From NCBI RefSeq assembly GCF_964204645.1, contig NC_134035.1, positions 2,604,001-2,668,000 of the forward strand: DNA of 64,000 nucleotides, read 5' to 3'. Shown here piece by piece: positions 22,211-37,447 of this stretch; within the stretch, counting starts at the first letter, position 1, and each line of letters starts with the position of its first letter. A program made the position numbers and the translations under genes. Below the pieces are notes generated by a model. It ran no database searches. It was not told the origin of the DNA and saw only the letters and a list, made by a program, of their open reading frames with translations. The stretch comes from Tubulanus polymorphus. Its lineage: Eukaryota; Animalia; Nemertea.

Positions 22211-24426
22211 CTTTTCAAAAAAATATATCCCAGACAAAAATGATTAGACCTGGCCTAACAACTCAATTCACCAATAGTTGAGTAAACCATGTGGCTATAA
22301 AACTGGTGGAGGGTCAGAAGTTTAAGCCATTGGGTTAAAAGTCTACTTAAAATAAATCGAACGAACCTGACCCTGGACTAGAGGCTATGGAGCTCTGGCC
22401 CGCACAGGCTTGAACTTGAAATCGAAGAATGCATAAGAAGACCTCGTCCTCATATCTAATTTCAAAAGAACTAAGAAATTCTTTCATAGTTTTTAGTTTC
22501 TGATGGCTATATCATGGTTTTAAACATAAAACTTACAGCTCTTAAAGGTTAGGAAGGGCAAACTCTCTGGTCTTACACAACTGTGGTACGTTACAACTGA
22601 CTGAGCGTGGTATAAACAGACTAATTCAATTTCAACTTATTGACGATTAAAACTTTATGCAACTCATTGATTTAACAGCAATACAACTGAACTTACCGCA
22701 GACATATCGGTTTTAACTGGATGAGCGATGAAAATTCCACTTAAACCATTTCGTTTAACATTTTAACGACTTTGAAAAGTTTGAATACTTCCTGGAAAGT
22801 TTGTTTCTGTTGTGGCATGCCCAAAGACACCGTATAGTGCTGCCCCCATCGAGTCATATGCGAACTAAATCATGAGATCGGGTTCGAACCCGTGACTCCG
22901 CTCGAGGATTTTCTTTAGAGTTAAAAAAGTTTTTTTCCATATCCTTTACCTTTAGGTAATAAAACTTATTTTGAAATTTTTTCAATCAGCCATCCAGATG
23001 GCAGTCTGGAACGATTCCCAAGATGCAAGTCCAAAGCCGAACAAAGGGAGAAATCAATAGTCCTCGCATACATACAGTAACGAATACCCAACTGTAGCAC
23101 TTTCCATATTTCCTTAGAAAAAACACCACAAACTCCAGTGTCAAATAAAAAGCTCCACGATCAACTAAGATCAGAAATTGATATTTTCAATTCGTTCAAA
23201 ATCAATTTATTTACAAGAATACGTATCAAATGATATACAATCGGATATGAATAATATCGATATATAGATTTGATATTGTGTATTTACATCATATAGAATT
23301 ATCAAGAATATAATTATACGTACAAAATGATATAGTACAAATTAAACACAGCCGTACGATGAAATATTCAGAAGCGAACTGAACGAAAATAATACAATTA
23401 TATATATAATACATGGTAATAATACAAGGTTTAATTACAGTTATTGAGGTTTATAAAATTAGAGGCAATTTCACAACAACAAAAAAACAAGACTCGAAAC
23501 TCTTCCTTCCTAATTCAGTATAAGGAGTTCAGATTAAAACTCTCTAGAGACCATCATCATCTTTTTGATATTTTCGATTTCAAATCTTGATAAATGAATT
23601 TCGCGATTTTAATCTTCGAAATTCGTAAACGGTGGGTTTTGATCTTAAGATCCGAGTGGCTCTTCCAATATTTAGGAGTTACACCAGGTCGAGGCTCTTT
23701 TAACCCTTTTAGTGCATCTACACCGCAGTGCGATGTATAAATCGGGTAATGGTGAGGGTTTATACGAGTCTCTCCGTCGAAACTTTTCATGGGCGAAACC
23801 AGGCCCCGAATCACCGCCGCCCGGACACCCAAATTCAGAATATTCCCAAATTCAGAATACTTATAAACTATATATACAGACCAGCACAGATTCGGCCGGA
23901 ATTCTTAATTACGCTTTACAAATTATACATCGTATCGTAAATAACTTGAGAAACCGTTGTATACAAAATAGGAATGTTATCAGAAATAGATCATACTTTC
24001 ATACTGTAAATCAGTTGAAAAAAGCGCAGAAAAAATTCTTAAATTTAAAATTCATGCATCATTTATCCGATATGATATAAGTGATATGATGGTAAGATCG
24101 GTTCTAAAAATCATGCTTAAATATAGCGCGTATGTATATGTACGTAGATATATATATATATATGGACGGAATTGCGATTTATATTTCTACAATATGGAAG
24201 AGCGTAAGATTATAATATAAGTTTTTACAAGATTTCACAGTTTGTTTCTAATTCTTTGATTTTAGTAGTCTTAATGACAAACCTCTGCACCAGTTCCAGC
24301 TGGCCCTAGTATCTACATACATCGGTGTCATGGCATAGGTCTTAGAAATGTTCAGTGGACGATGTTTGTTCTATAGCCAGGCAATCTAACAACTTAGGAT
24401 GCAAGGCCATTATTGGACTTAAATCA

Positions 24427-24544
24427 GAGGCTGGTTGCTCAAAAGTTTGTTAGAGTTTACCAGTGGATAGTTGATATAGTGACAATTAAAAGTTCATCGT
24501 TCAATGGTATTTATCTGCTGGTTGTCTTTTGAGCGACTGGCCCC
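24427..24544. mobile_element. ~120-bp MITE; family also at 45407-45535, with fragments at ~7363, ~17320 and ~47350
   Basis: GAGGCTGGTTGCTCAAAAG ... CTTTTTGAGCGACTGGCCCC TIRs. Confidence 0.7.
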
Positions 24545-26634
24545 GGAGGTGTACAACTGGCCTGTCGATTTTAAAAAGTGATCCTTTTCAATTCTATAGC
24601 CAACCATGGAACTGGATGCAGAGTTTCGCTTGCTCTTTTTCCACGCAAAAAATACTGAACTGCTTGAAAATATAATTTTCCCTAAATACAATAAGTATCC
24701 CTGATCTATTCTCTTAGCTAGAACTCCACTCGCGGCTACTAACTAAGGAAACAAACAACACAAATGGACTTTTGTCTTCAAACAACGTCCACTAAAAACC
24801 CCAAGCATTTAAAGCTCTAAAAATAATACGTTTTCCCTCCAATCATTGGGAAATTAATTCTCATCTTTCATTTATTTATTTTTTTTTGGTAAATTTTTTT
24901 TCTTTCTTTATCTTTATGGAGCGGGACCAGCCCGCCTCGCGACGTTTACGAATAAACGCCGCGGATAATTATACGTCATCCGCCGGACCAGCCGGCGGGA
25001 ATACTACAACTCCATTCAACTCACTTCAACTCTATTTTCAACTTAGAGCAACATTTCTTCCAGACTTACAGATAAGGGGCTATTAGACTAACCCCCCCCC
25101 CCCCCCCCCCGATTAGCAGCATCAGAATCGAACTATTTTCTCCGAATCAACAGCTTTAACTTACAGACGGAATGATACTGTACTCATTCACGAAATGAAT
25201 CAACTTTAACTAGAATCCCCCTCTCCTCCCTATCCCTGCTAGCATGAACCATACAAAATTACAAATATACAATCAGAGTCAAAATGAAAATGAAATGAAT
25301 ATTCCGAAAATATCAGACCAGCTGAAGAAAATCTCAATTCAATCATTCAAATCATTTACACCAGATTTTGTATTTGATAATCTGAAATTCGATGCCTTCA
25401 AGGCTAAAATTTACAGCCAGGGCCAACTTCGGTTATCGGAGTTAGTCGACTATTTGCGAACTAAGTGAAACCGAATGTCAGTTAGTCGGAAATGTAGTGC
25501 GGAAATAGTCGACTGCAGGAATGAGCCTGTTCCAAGACGGCTGGCAATGTGAAATGTATGAGACCGAACTACAGCGCGTTGGACCGCTAGTCGAGACTAA
25601 CTACTAGGACCGAAGTTCGCTCAGCTGCTGCAAAATCGATATTCGACTTCGTTATCACGAAACCGATAATAATTAATTAGTTACCAAGCGCGACCTTCTC
25701 ATTTCCTGTGACTTCGAACAGTTGAAATCGAACCTGATTAGTTTTGTGAAATTGGACACCTGAGGAATAATATAATTGGGTAGTTTGTTACGAATTCAGA
25801 ATGCAGTTCCAAGCTCGTTCTGGTCCCGGAACCGATTCAAAAATAAATCAAAAGTTGTCATCAAAAAGGTTCAAATCCACTAAGCGGACTTGAATATATA
25901 CAAACCCTGAGTTTTACTTTGTACAAGTAGGAACCAATTCCACAGCTATGACTCCCAAATCTCGCTAGTTTACCACAACTGTGGATCAGTGTCCTTTTTA
26001 ACATTTACAGTCTTACCGCTTAATTCGGATCAAGTTGGACTGAAAAAATTCATCCGTGTTATGAGAAATCTGAATTAACGTCATATCTCGCATACCGGGG
26101 TACATCTACGTAACAACATGGACTATGCATAATTGGACTGTTATCAAAACCTGTGTTTAACTGACCTGAATAAGGCGGGTTTGACTGTCATAAAGTGTAG
26201 TAGCAAAGAATCATCGAAAATAATAAGTTTGATTCTAAAATGACTAAGATACGAAATACTATTCAGAAAGCAATGAGACATATAAGAATAACTACAGTAG
26301 ACTATTCCTTACGTCCACCCAGTGCTGAAAGTGGCTGGCTCGCGTTTACTGAGAGCTTGCATAATGACCACTGACACTAAAGTACTCAGCGAACTCCCTC
26401 GGTACCGGCCAACTCGATAAACCACTCGTAAGTAGCACTATGAAAACTCGATTTTGTAAAACCAAATATTTCCCTGATTCAGGCTGCTCGAGTCGATGAA
26501 TTTTATTCATATTCATTCACACCGGTCTCCGGACTTGTCTGCGAAATATCGACAGTTGTATAACGCTACCTAGTGAGACAGTATCTACTGTAAAATCAAC
26601 GAATAAATCAGTAAGAATTAACGATCTTGTTTTG

Positions 26635-29600
26635 TCACACGACGGGCACCGGTGTCTGATGGTGTTGACGATGAATTATTTCGGGAAAGAGTTTATCGTC
26701 GACGACACTGGTCGGTGCTGCCACCTGGCGCGACGTAATCGCATTAAAATTGTCATCATCTGCTGCCAGTACTATTGTTTTATTCGAGATACGTTCATCG
26801 CTTGAGTGTTTATTATTGGTTGAACTATCGTCGGTGATCGCAGCATCTACGATCAGCGCCGGTGAACTGGAACCTCGATTCTCGTCGGAGACCTCGCGTA
26901 CGTCGCCGAGCGGCGGTGTAGGTGGCGTTGTCGTCATCGTCGTCGCGTTGTTATTTAGGGTAACCGAAGGCGGCGTATCGTAGCGTTTGCCATTCTCGAT
27001 TGTCACGACTTTCAAACTCACGCGAGACGAAATACCTGGAAATAAACGGAAATTCGAGAAAATGAAATATTTATCTTAGAAAACTGCGTTAAGGTTTTAA
27101 ACATCTGAAAAGTGCTATCAGTAAATAGAGCGCTTTTAGACTTGTTCTTATCAATCCTAGATTCCTTGTATATTAGTCACAGCTATAACGCAATATTGTT
27201 AACTGGTTAAAGCTGGGCAGCTTGAAAAATAGGTTGCATTCAATTACGTATTTAGAAATTGTTGTTAACCACATTTTCAATAACAACGAAGAAAAAAACA
27301 ACAAAATAACATAAATTACAAAAAATGTTTTCTCGAGCTGGTAGTTTATTTCACGTTTTGACTTTACTCTAAATAGGACTTAACATTATTATTTTGTTAT
27401 CATTGCGAAATTCTCTACATATATACAAAAACTTGTTAAACCTATAATCTGCAGTAATTCTGCCTGGTTTTCAGCCAAATAGATTATTGAAGGATTAACC
27501 TATCGCTAACAGACGTCACAGCGTGTGCGCTTATGTTTACTTATTTACGAGTAGTCATGACGAGGACACGTCATTGTCTTAAGATAATAAACTTTCGCAG
27601 AACCGTTAAACCAAACACTGCGTCATTCGTGAAATTATCGATGAAAATTGATCGTCAAAAACATGTTTAAAATATGAAAGCAAATGGATATATGAGATTA
27701 TCCGACTATAAAAAATAAATCGATCGCTACTTTTCAGCTAAACATTTTTGAAGCTCCTAAAATGTTCGTTTTATATAGGCCTTAATTGAAGACAAAAAAT
27801 CTATCGCCTGAAGGATGTTTACTCGTCGAAAATTATTTAGTTTTCATTCTCAATGGGCGTCAAGAACGAATTCACTCTGTAAGAATAACGCGTTTAACAA
27901 AAAAACCTACACATAATTCAATGAAATGTGCGTAAATAATATTTCTCAAAATCGGACCAAAAAGCTGAAGAGGTATCATATCGAGAATTTCAGCTGAGAA
28001 TTGTTAATGAGTGAAACCCACAGTTGATGATTTTAGCAATTTATTTTCTGAAAGTTTTTTTAAGTTTTGAGTTAACTTCTTTATCAGAGAAATGAGAAAA
28101 AAAAGAATAAAATACTCTATGTTTCTTTTCTTTCTCTGATGATGAATTTTGCGACAGTCAGTTAGTTGTTCGTCCTGCGGAGTAATCAATTTCTTAATTA
28201 ATCAAGGCCAACTTTTATAGACCGGTAAGCCGGGGGTGGGGTGGGGTTAAACTCAATTGAAAATGAATTTGGTCAGTCTCCTAGGTTATAAAGTTATTAT
28301 CAGTTTATAAAACCGGCCCCAAATAATTACTCCACAAAGTTGTCCTAAGCTTTAAAACTTGCGGACACAAATTATCGTTACGATATTTAGATAGCAGTAC
28401 TTATGTGAGAAAACTTTGAAAGTGTTTAATACATAATCCCTCAAAGCGCAAGAGGACGATCGGGAACAGTGGTCACGTACTGTAAATATTTATACTCGAG
28501 ATAAAAATTATTGGACTGAATTTCAACGCGTGACATGTCGTACTTTAAAATGTCAATTACGTATGACCTTTGTTGAGGTAGGCTTATCGAAGCGTTCTCG
28601 TTAGACCTTTCCTAGGACAACGCTGACAAACAGAGGCCTTAACCCGTGCCAAACGACACTTCATACGTAAGTGGATAATCCTATATAATGACGCGTAGAT
28701 CAAATATTCCAAATATGCCAATTTAGTCTTAGAAAATACCTTATCGCCGGTGATTTAGATTAAAAACATATCGGAATTAAATTCAACTTCAACCCATTAA
28801 CTGAGAAGAAAGGTTTTTTTTCTTCATAAAACCCTGAGTAATCATTTTAGACCTCCGATAAGATAATAAATCTATAAATGCTAAAAACAGAAAGGTGATA
28901 CCGAGGTGTATTCTGGAGTATATGATATACTGAAAGTGAGGTACATTATCATTAGTATATTGAGCACATTATGTACTCAAGAATGCACCTCACTATCGAT
29001 TTTCTGTTAATTACATTTTTAGTAAAAAGGTGCACAGCCATACCCAGCAAATCTAGGCTTCAATATAGAATATTACACAAGTCTCATAAATCAATTACGC
29101 CATGACTGTCTTTCAGTCGACACAACAACAACATTAAATATTCAAATCTATTTCCACAAATCACCCGGTCACCTAGTAACATCTTATCGAATTAATGAAT
29201 TAATAGCTACCGGTTTGTCGAGATATCAAGCGCTATACCAGCTACACTGAGTTATATTCGATCGATATGTAATCGAAATGATGCAATTTCCGCGATGAAA
29301 GATTTAATAAGTTATAATCTATAAAAGTGACTTCAGCGTGGATTAGTGACAAAAAGAAGTTCTAAGTCTTGAGAAGTCTTGAACTTTAATAATACCTGCA
29401 GTAGCAGCATGGTCGAGGCTTAAGATTTCAAGGCGCGTGTTCACACAAGTTGTTGATACTAAAAATATGCTATCGATGCTGTGGCAAGTGAGGAGAGTCA
29501 CATCTAGCACGCCAAGTTTACCTGTGCCGAAATCTAGCCTGGACCGGGTCCGTTTTTTGTTGCGCCAAACTTGGCCCTTGTCAAACAGGCATGGCCCTAT

Positions 29601-32600
29601 TTGGCACTAGTGCGGGCCAGGCCAGTTTGGTTAACTAGGGTCCAATCTGACTCCGGTCAAATTTGGCCAGTGTCAAAAAAATTCACGCGATCGCGCTTTA
29701 AACCAGTCAAAGTTGACTTTGCTTCCAAAAGATTTAACAACTTAAGAGGTTGTAACTTAGAGAGATGTGAGACTGAAGTACGCACCTCGGTGGTCGTGTT
29801 TAGGAGATCCAGTTCGGGACGTGTTGCGAGACGTCGCTCGGGACCTCGTCGACAACGACAGTCTCTCTTTCTCATCCATTATATAGTCGGACATCTCCTA
29901 CAAATATATAAACACATTGAAAACATTTAAACCCTGCTTTACCACAATACCAGACAACCTGAACTGAGTTACAGTTTCATAAACAGGGCTAAGAGTTAAG
30001 ACCGGTCTTAGAACATATTGATTCTATAGCCAATCCGAAAACTCAAGACCAATCTTAAGACTTAAGATCACTTTTGGACTTAAGTCTCGACCCAGATTGG
30101 TCTGGAGTAATTGAACAGGCAAAGACCTTAGACTAGTCTTAGACCACCTCAATTCTATAGCCAGTTCAATTAGTCAAGATCAAAGACCACTTTTGGACTT
30201 AAGTCTCGACTATGAAACAAAACACAGTATATGAGAATTATCGTCGAATCTGACCTTGGCCTCGTTGAATCGTTTCTTGTGTTTTTCGCGCAGTATCTGC
30301 TCACGCGTCCATTTAGCGTTCGACTTCGACAGCGCGTCACCTTTCAAGGTCAGCGGATCTTTCTTCGCGATCACCACCGGCGACGTCGGTTTCTTCTCAT
30401 CGCCATCGACGTTATCGGGATACGGATAAACCGTCTTATCTGCGCAAACAAAAACAAAACACACAAACTTTAAATCAACCTTCATTGATCAGTACCTTAT
30501 ACCATCGTGCTAACCATACAATACCAGATCACACCCGTCTAAATCTAAAACCACATGGAGCCAAAAATCTTTTGTACAGTCACACCGATATATAGAACTA
30601 CTTTTGCACACTGATAAAAAGAACTACTTTGAAACGAACAGTTCAAATGTTTTGCAGAAATATTAAAAAATCAAACCCTAAAACTTGACGTGATATCTCA
30701 TAAAATGCAGCGATGATTTGAGATATCTGACCGGTCACTCAGTAACACCCTGGTGGCTTCAACTTCAATGCATGATTCAGAGTTAAACATTAATTTCTAT
30801 CACAAATAAGACGCACTAACTTTTTATTCGTTTCACGCGGTTAAGCGTTGAAGAAGGACTCCCCATTTGACCTCGATCAGTATAGTATCGCGGACTCTTC
30901 CGTTTTAGAGTCCTCGCTTGTATCCACAACAATCCATACAAATCGAAACCTAGTCGAGAACTCAGTGAACCCAGACGGACTAAACCTCAATTACGTATAG
31001 AGTCCAGAGTTTGAAATTATCCACCGCGGAAATTACTTTTACGTCGTTAAACTGAGCCATTGCTCGGCTAAAAATGGACGCCGCCATTAGAACACGCTCG
31101 CTTGAATTCAATTCACTAAAACACGTGTAAAATTCAATCCATTTATGTAAACCAGAAAAAGACAACCGATCTGAAGTGACTTATTTGTATTACTAATTAC
31201 GGTTCAAATAGCTGTACTCCAGTGATCCAGTTCAGTTACCACTCGCACTCCTATTGACTGACCACCTGTACATAACAGTCATCTATTATTGTTTAATTAG
31301 TAATTAGCGCTAATTGTTTACTTGGTCATGTGTGTATATATGTTTACTGTGGGCGGATATTTAACAGTTTGTCACACCCGGTAATAAGATACTCTCGAAT
31401 GTCTAAATGAGGTTTTGTAACAAATAGGCGCAAGAAAGGGACGAACCGAATCGAGCTTCCAGATTAACTAGATTATAGTTATTTTTGTTTCGGGAGGTCA
31501 AGTGTCAACGCTCTACCTAATATCAAATTTTGACCCCCCTTCATAAACTTTTATAACTTTTAGTTCTCTGGTAAAATAAAAAGTTTTATAATTAACCCGA
31601 CCACTGGTCATAAAACCAATCTTTTACAGTTATGGCATTTACTGAAAGAAGAGATCTATAGACAATGAGTATTGTATTGATAGGGTGTTGGGGGTGGCAT
31701 GCCATTAGTTTCGTCAATGATGTTGTTATGGAATTACTAATAAACAAAATGTAAACAAATGTGCAACGATTTGAATCAGAGCCAAACATATCTCAGGTTT
31801 TAAGACATGAGGAAAATATGATCGGAGACTTAGAGAAAAGAATATTCGATTCGTGTTAAATCAATTCTTCAAGAGACCCGGGCCAGATGAAGACTAGGTC
31901 CGAGACAATTTCAACGTCAAAGCTCGTCAGTAGCTATGCTCTGACGGCGAACGAAGATCAAATCCGGACTGAGCTCATTTCGTTCCTACAACCCTGAGAC
32001 CAGACTCGGCGAAAATCAAAATTAAATCGTTTTTATCGGACTTCATCTAAAACATACGTAAATGGCTGCAGAAATGGATCCTGGTATAGTCAGATATGGA
32101 CCATTCATTAAAGCGCGCATACTAATCAATAATAACTCATCATTAATAACTCTTGTCTTCCTTATAAGAGCTAATATTTACTGTGCTTTAAATTTGTTTA
32201 TTTTGTAACTGTTTTCACGATGTTTAAACAGTTATCTTTGTTACTCAACGATCCTAGTGTACCCACTTGTGGTACAAGGTGAAGCGTACCCCCCTGCCCT
32301 GAATGAGTATTATGCCAGGCTCAATGAAAAGGACACTGAAAAAATGAGCCCAGAAACGGAATCAGACCGAGAGGTCGCTAGATGGATTCTCAGAGATCAA
32401 CTCAGTTGCCATATCGCGAAATGAAAAGACTCGTCGGCGCGCGAATAATGTGGGCGTGATGCGACAAGTTTCTGGGCGAAACAGGTGGCCGATAAACTGA
32501 ACTGAGCTATTCATTCATTCCATCACACCGGAGCTCGATGATCTGTGAATTCGAGAATACCTTCACAATGTCGCCCGACGAAATTCTTTTCAGCTACTGT

Positions 32601-35600
32601 CCGTCGCGAACAGGTGCACCTTACGATTTATGAGACGTCTTTGAGAATCTTTTTTAAAGAAAATTCCCTCGCGTACCTATATATGTATACAATGAAAACA
32701 TTGAATTCGAATCTCTTCTATGGTTCCAATACAAAACGAATCGGGGCCTTTCAGGACTAATAAAACCGAAAAGGTATTATTCTTACTTGACTTTTGTAAA
32801 ATCAAGATGCCATGATTTATATCTGCGCCGAAGAGTTCGAAAATAGGGTCCACAATAAAATAATGGCGCCATCGCAATTTTAGGCGGTCATAAAATTTTA
32901 GAAGGTCATAAAATTTTTTCTTTGAATCTTAAGATCTTACGGGCTACTCTAGCAGTCAATTGAGAAGAACTTTAATTTGCATCAATAGACCACATCGACT
33001 AAAGACTCCGAGTAACTTGAAAAAACCAATTTGGCAAAATTCAAACTATCAAACTTTCGTGATCGCGTCGCGAAATATCCAACCAGCAAGCTTAACTCCC
33101 CTAAAGTGAAGATGTTTCTAAGCGCTAATAACAAAGAATATCTATCTAACAGACTTAGGGTCTAACGGTCTAATGAAATTATCTATAATACCAACAATTA
33201 ACGTGACAACCTTAATTCATAATGTACAACCATATAGACCAACAGACCGGCTGATATAGACCAACAGACCGGCTACGTTCAAATCGCCTTGAAACGTTCG
33301 CAAATATTTAAACCTCTCGTTCGCCCGATTGACAAACTTTCTCATGTCATCGTTAGATAAACACAGTTATATCTGCGTACATGCCTCTTGGCATGAAATT
33401 GATTTTCTTCAAATTCCGTATAGTCAAATTCTTAAGAAAATATATACTTTTCACGGCACTTTTGATGACTATTATGTACATACAGGCCCAATTTGAATTA
33501 AAACTATCACCATATTCATAAAAAATTAATTGGAAAAATGGCTTCACATAAGGCCTACGAACGACAAGAATTCAACCGTAATTTGATGTTGTACCGAACC
33601 GGTTGGTATTGATCTAAGCTAACCCCGCCTTGATCTATGTTACGATATCAATATGAAAATATACCTAAATCACGAGAGAAATCTTATTCTTTTCCACTGG
33701 ATGAAAACGGATAATTTTAACCTCTCGAAGTCGTACATATTATCAATAGCTTTAAGTAAGATCACAGGGGCCGGTTACATAGTCATGACTTAAGACCTAA
33801 GACCAGTCGAAGGCCATCTTAGATCTACAACCAATCTAACAACTTAAGACCAGTCTGAAGATTTAAGACCGCTTTTGGACCTAAGCCACGACTGTGCAGC
33901 CAGTGAGCCCCCGAGTTAACCTAAGATAAAATTCAATCCTACCTGTTACTGCAGTTCAGACACCTGTTACAACGTTCTCGTTAAGACCCCGCAGGGTACA
34001 GACCCGGCAGGCACACACGGGGAGCCAGCTCCTACATGTCGTGTATCTCCGACAGGTCCGTACCCTACCGGGACCAACGCGCATCTGACACCCGAAATTA
34101 CATCGTACGTTTATTTTATATTTTGCGCCAAACTGCACGCTTGAGCGCGATTGAATAGGCCGAACAAAATCCTATTATGGGAGGCTCTCTCTGTTGACCT
34201 AGAATAGACAGGTTTTACTGGCGAAAATTGATGCCCGTTGAATAGCTAGCTGGGTAGCCTATAACAGGTTGAATCATTTTCAATGAAGACAATAGTTCGT
34301 TGGATCAACAAGAGATATAGATTGTAATTCGTTGTATAGGCCGCTAATGGCACCGTGTTAACAATATATCGAGCTATAATGAACTTTTCCCGCCGAAATC
34401 TCTGAATCCCCGAGATCAAATATGTGCGCAAAAGATGGAAGATATCCGATTACCTCCGGGGTGCGTGTTTTAGTAAACAAATTTGAATGGAACACAAAAG
34501 ACGTTGGTTTTGACTAATGAATGAATAAACAGTTTTAAATCATCGGGTCCTGTATTCTATGTCGCTGAGTAAATATATCGCCTGGTTCCTCGGAGACAGC
34601 TCGTTATGAGATACCCGTACATAATAAAGGGACCAAGGGATGAAGAATGGAGGAACAAACTTTATTTAAATAATTACAAGAAAGATTTACGGAAATCACA
34701 CAGAATGGCCACTTAGCTAGCTTTTCCTTCACTACGGTATAGGCCTACCCTGACATACACGATGTTCTACCTGACTTGATCTGCTAAGAATCCAATCAAT
34801 ACCGGTAATACAGTCCAATATGTAAGACATAGACGCAAACTGTTTGACTTATCCCTGATTTTTAGCTTTCTTTAAGTTTTTTTTTTTTTTTACAAAATTC
34901 CTTGACTATTCCCTGACTTTTTTTAGGAAAAGAAATTCCCTGATTTTCGGGTGAGTGGCCACCCTACGACACTACAGTGGATGTTAGAATATAACTGTCT
35001 TGCTCCGACTCATTGTTTCAGAATCCAGAATTCTTAGAAATCGCATTGCCGGGCAGCTCCAAGAAATATTAGGTAAGCTGAGTCCAGTGTAAACTTTCTA
35101 ATCATCATTTGCGATTAAGTTGCAACAGTTACAGGTTATTTGACACAGGATGTATTAAAAAAATCATTACCCGACCAAGGAGTCAAATTTCTTTTAGTGT
35201 AATTGGGGATTATTCAAATGTACCGCCATAATTAAACTAAATCTAATAGTTATCTAAGGAATACTGAAGTTGAACAAAGTCCATCAAATTCATTTCATGG
35301 AAAGCATATGACAAGCGATATAGAACCATAGAATTTCCATCACCTCAGTTTTCTAGTGAGCTCTCTGTTGAATTCAAGGGTTCCATTAAATCCTGATTAC
35401 ATTAATTCCACTCGGACACTTCAATTACATAATGAAATGCAATCGCTAGAATAATCGGGGCCTATTTCATTCTCAATAACCGAAATTCAATATCATCGGT
35501 CATTAAACCCTGACAACCTGTGATTATATAGTGAATTAATTCAACGTTGAGACCTGTATTCGACTAAAGTTAAACTGCAATTTGAGATTCATTTTCTATG

Positions 35601-37447
35601 TCTACGTCTTAAAACCAGGCAGGAGGTGTTGGTTGCCGATTATAACAATCAAAAGCTTATAAACTGAAGATTCCATTAACTTTGCCACAGATTCAAGGAG
35701 TTTGAACATTTTATAGCGAACTTCAATCATAGGATTTGAATGATCTATGAAGGAGTCAGATCAGATAAACTCAGGAATAGTCACATTTATCACATCCTTA
35801 AATTGGCCTTTTTCTCTTATAAATGTTTTCACAACAAAACACAAGGGCTGGGTTTCATAGATTTGGAAGAAAAATAGTCCCTAGGAAAAATAGGGAATAT
35901 TTTGAAATTCGTCAGTTATAACCAACATGGTTCCTCATTGTTACTACGGTGGTTGTTACCCAGATTGAGGATTTACCCCTAGAGATAACTTTAATACCAG
36001 TCTATGAAACCAGCCCTAGGATTTCTCAAGTTCATTTCATATGATTTAACCAGATTTGTCGCATCCAAGAAACGGTTTACTGATCACGAACTGGATGGAT
36101 TAAAACAAGATTTCACTAACTTAAACGCTGCTTGTGCAGAGATTCTAAGCGCCAGGAGATCCAGACATATACATTAGCCTATATATCGACAGGCACTAAT
36201 TTTCTTGAATTTTTCATACATATTTTGCAAGCAAACATAGGCCTACATCTTCCAGACACGTTTCATACCAGACTCAATGAAATGAAGTGTGTCAATGAGA
36301 TAATTTCAAACTCACCCGGTTTTAACCGATAAATTCTAGAAGCACGTAATCCCATGAAATTTGTGAAACACTTTCGAACGTTTTTCGAATAAGTCGTCCT
36401 ACAACTAGGCTAAAACCACTTCACGGCGTTCAGGTAAATTTCAGGGTACAGAAACTACCAACAAATTCAAACGGTCTATAGGCCTACATGTATAGTGAAG
36501 GTGGTTAGAATCTATCCGTTAGGCTGTTATCCAATAAATACACGTGTGTCTCAAACAACTGATTCAATTAAGAAAAACAGGTCTCGGAGATTTAATATCG
36601 CATTTTCTAACTGAACGTAATCTTATCTGTCAACCGATAAAAGCCTGAGGTTTAAATCCAACCACTTTTCAGGTCATCGCTGATTTTATAGGATTACGGT
36701 TATGTTTATTATCATTATTATGGACTCATGGATAGAGTTCTAATATCTGTCGTGCGGCGACACCGGGTCCGAATAACTCTAATTATTGAAATTTAAGATT
36801 TTAAAGCAGCTTTAAATATTCTGCAACTATGAACTCTACAAAGCATTGTCAACTTAAAAACACATAGGGCCTAATGTCTATTTATTTTCATCTAATATTT
36901 TTGGGATATTGAACTCATACTTCAATTTGGTATTAATAGGACCAGTGAAACTGTGCACTCCAGACACATCACCGTTTTATCTATGAGGGCCAATTTTTGG
37001 CACAAGCCTTAAATGTCAATATGACTTTTCTTACTTTTCCCCTACCAACTAGTCATTGTCAATGGGTTCATTTACACTGTCTAAACGGTAGACCTTAATT
37101 CATTTCATTCACACTTTAACATACACTGAAGTTAATGAGATAACCTACCAAAGGAACCTCTACGACCAGGGAATTTTACCGAGATGACCTGACCTGATAA
37201 ATAAAGCCTCAGTTATCAATCGGTACAATCGAATCTCTCAATCAACATAACCGATTAATTTTTATCGTTTGAGCTACTACTCTCCTACTCTTCATCTCGT
37301 CACACAGACGGACAGTTGATAAGTTAAAAAAGTACCAGAGTCTAGAGAAAAATACCGGGCAGTTAAGTTAGTAGGGTAATCTGGCGAACTGGGTCCAGAG
37401 TAAAAAATCTACTCACCGAATATTTCAACGGAGGCGCTACATCCCAT
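26635..37447 (-). CDS. Uncharacterised, largely disordered protein with N-terminal MGCSAS lipidation motif; exons 37447-37417, 30439-30255, 29897-29786, 27035-26635; 242 aa
   Basis: Four exons with canonical splice sites (G|gtgagt, cag|AT, AAG|gtcaga, tag|GAG, G|gtgcgt, cag|GT). Phases match (1,0,1) and give one 729-nt open frame: MGCSASVEIFDKTVYPYPDNVDG...REKHKKRFNEAKEMSDYIMDEKERLSLS...HQTPVPVV*. No domain recognised. Confidence 0.72.
33768..33912. mobile_element. MITE of a CTTAAGAC-rich family; relatives at ~9290-9370, ~24295-24425 and ~29990-30212
   Basis: Shared TCTATAGCCAATCTAACAACTTAAGACC...CACTTTTGGACTTAAG-like core; imperfect GGGGC/GCCCC ends. Confidence 0.6.
35845..36016. mobile_element. 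MITE (~170 bp)
   Basis: GGGCTGGGTTTCATAGA ... TCTATGAAACCAGCCC inverted ends. Confidence 0.65.

Noticed and set aside
33943-33964. In-frame TGA read as selenocysteine
   Set aside because: No redox motif and no SECIS identified; the exon itself is unproven.
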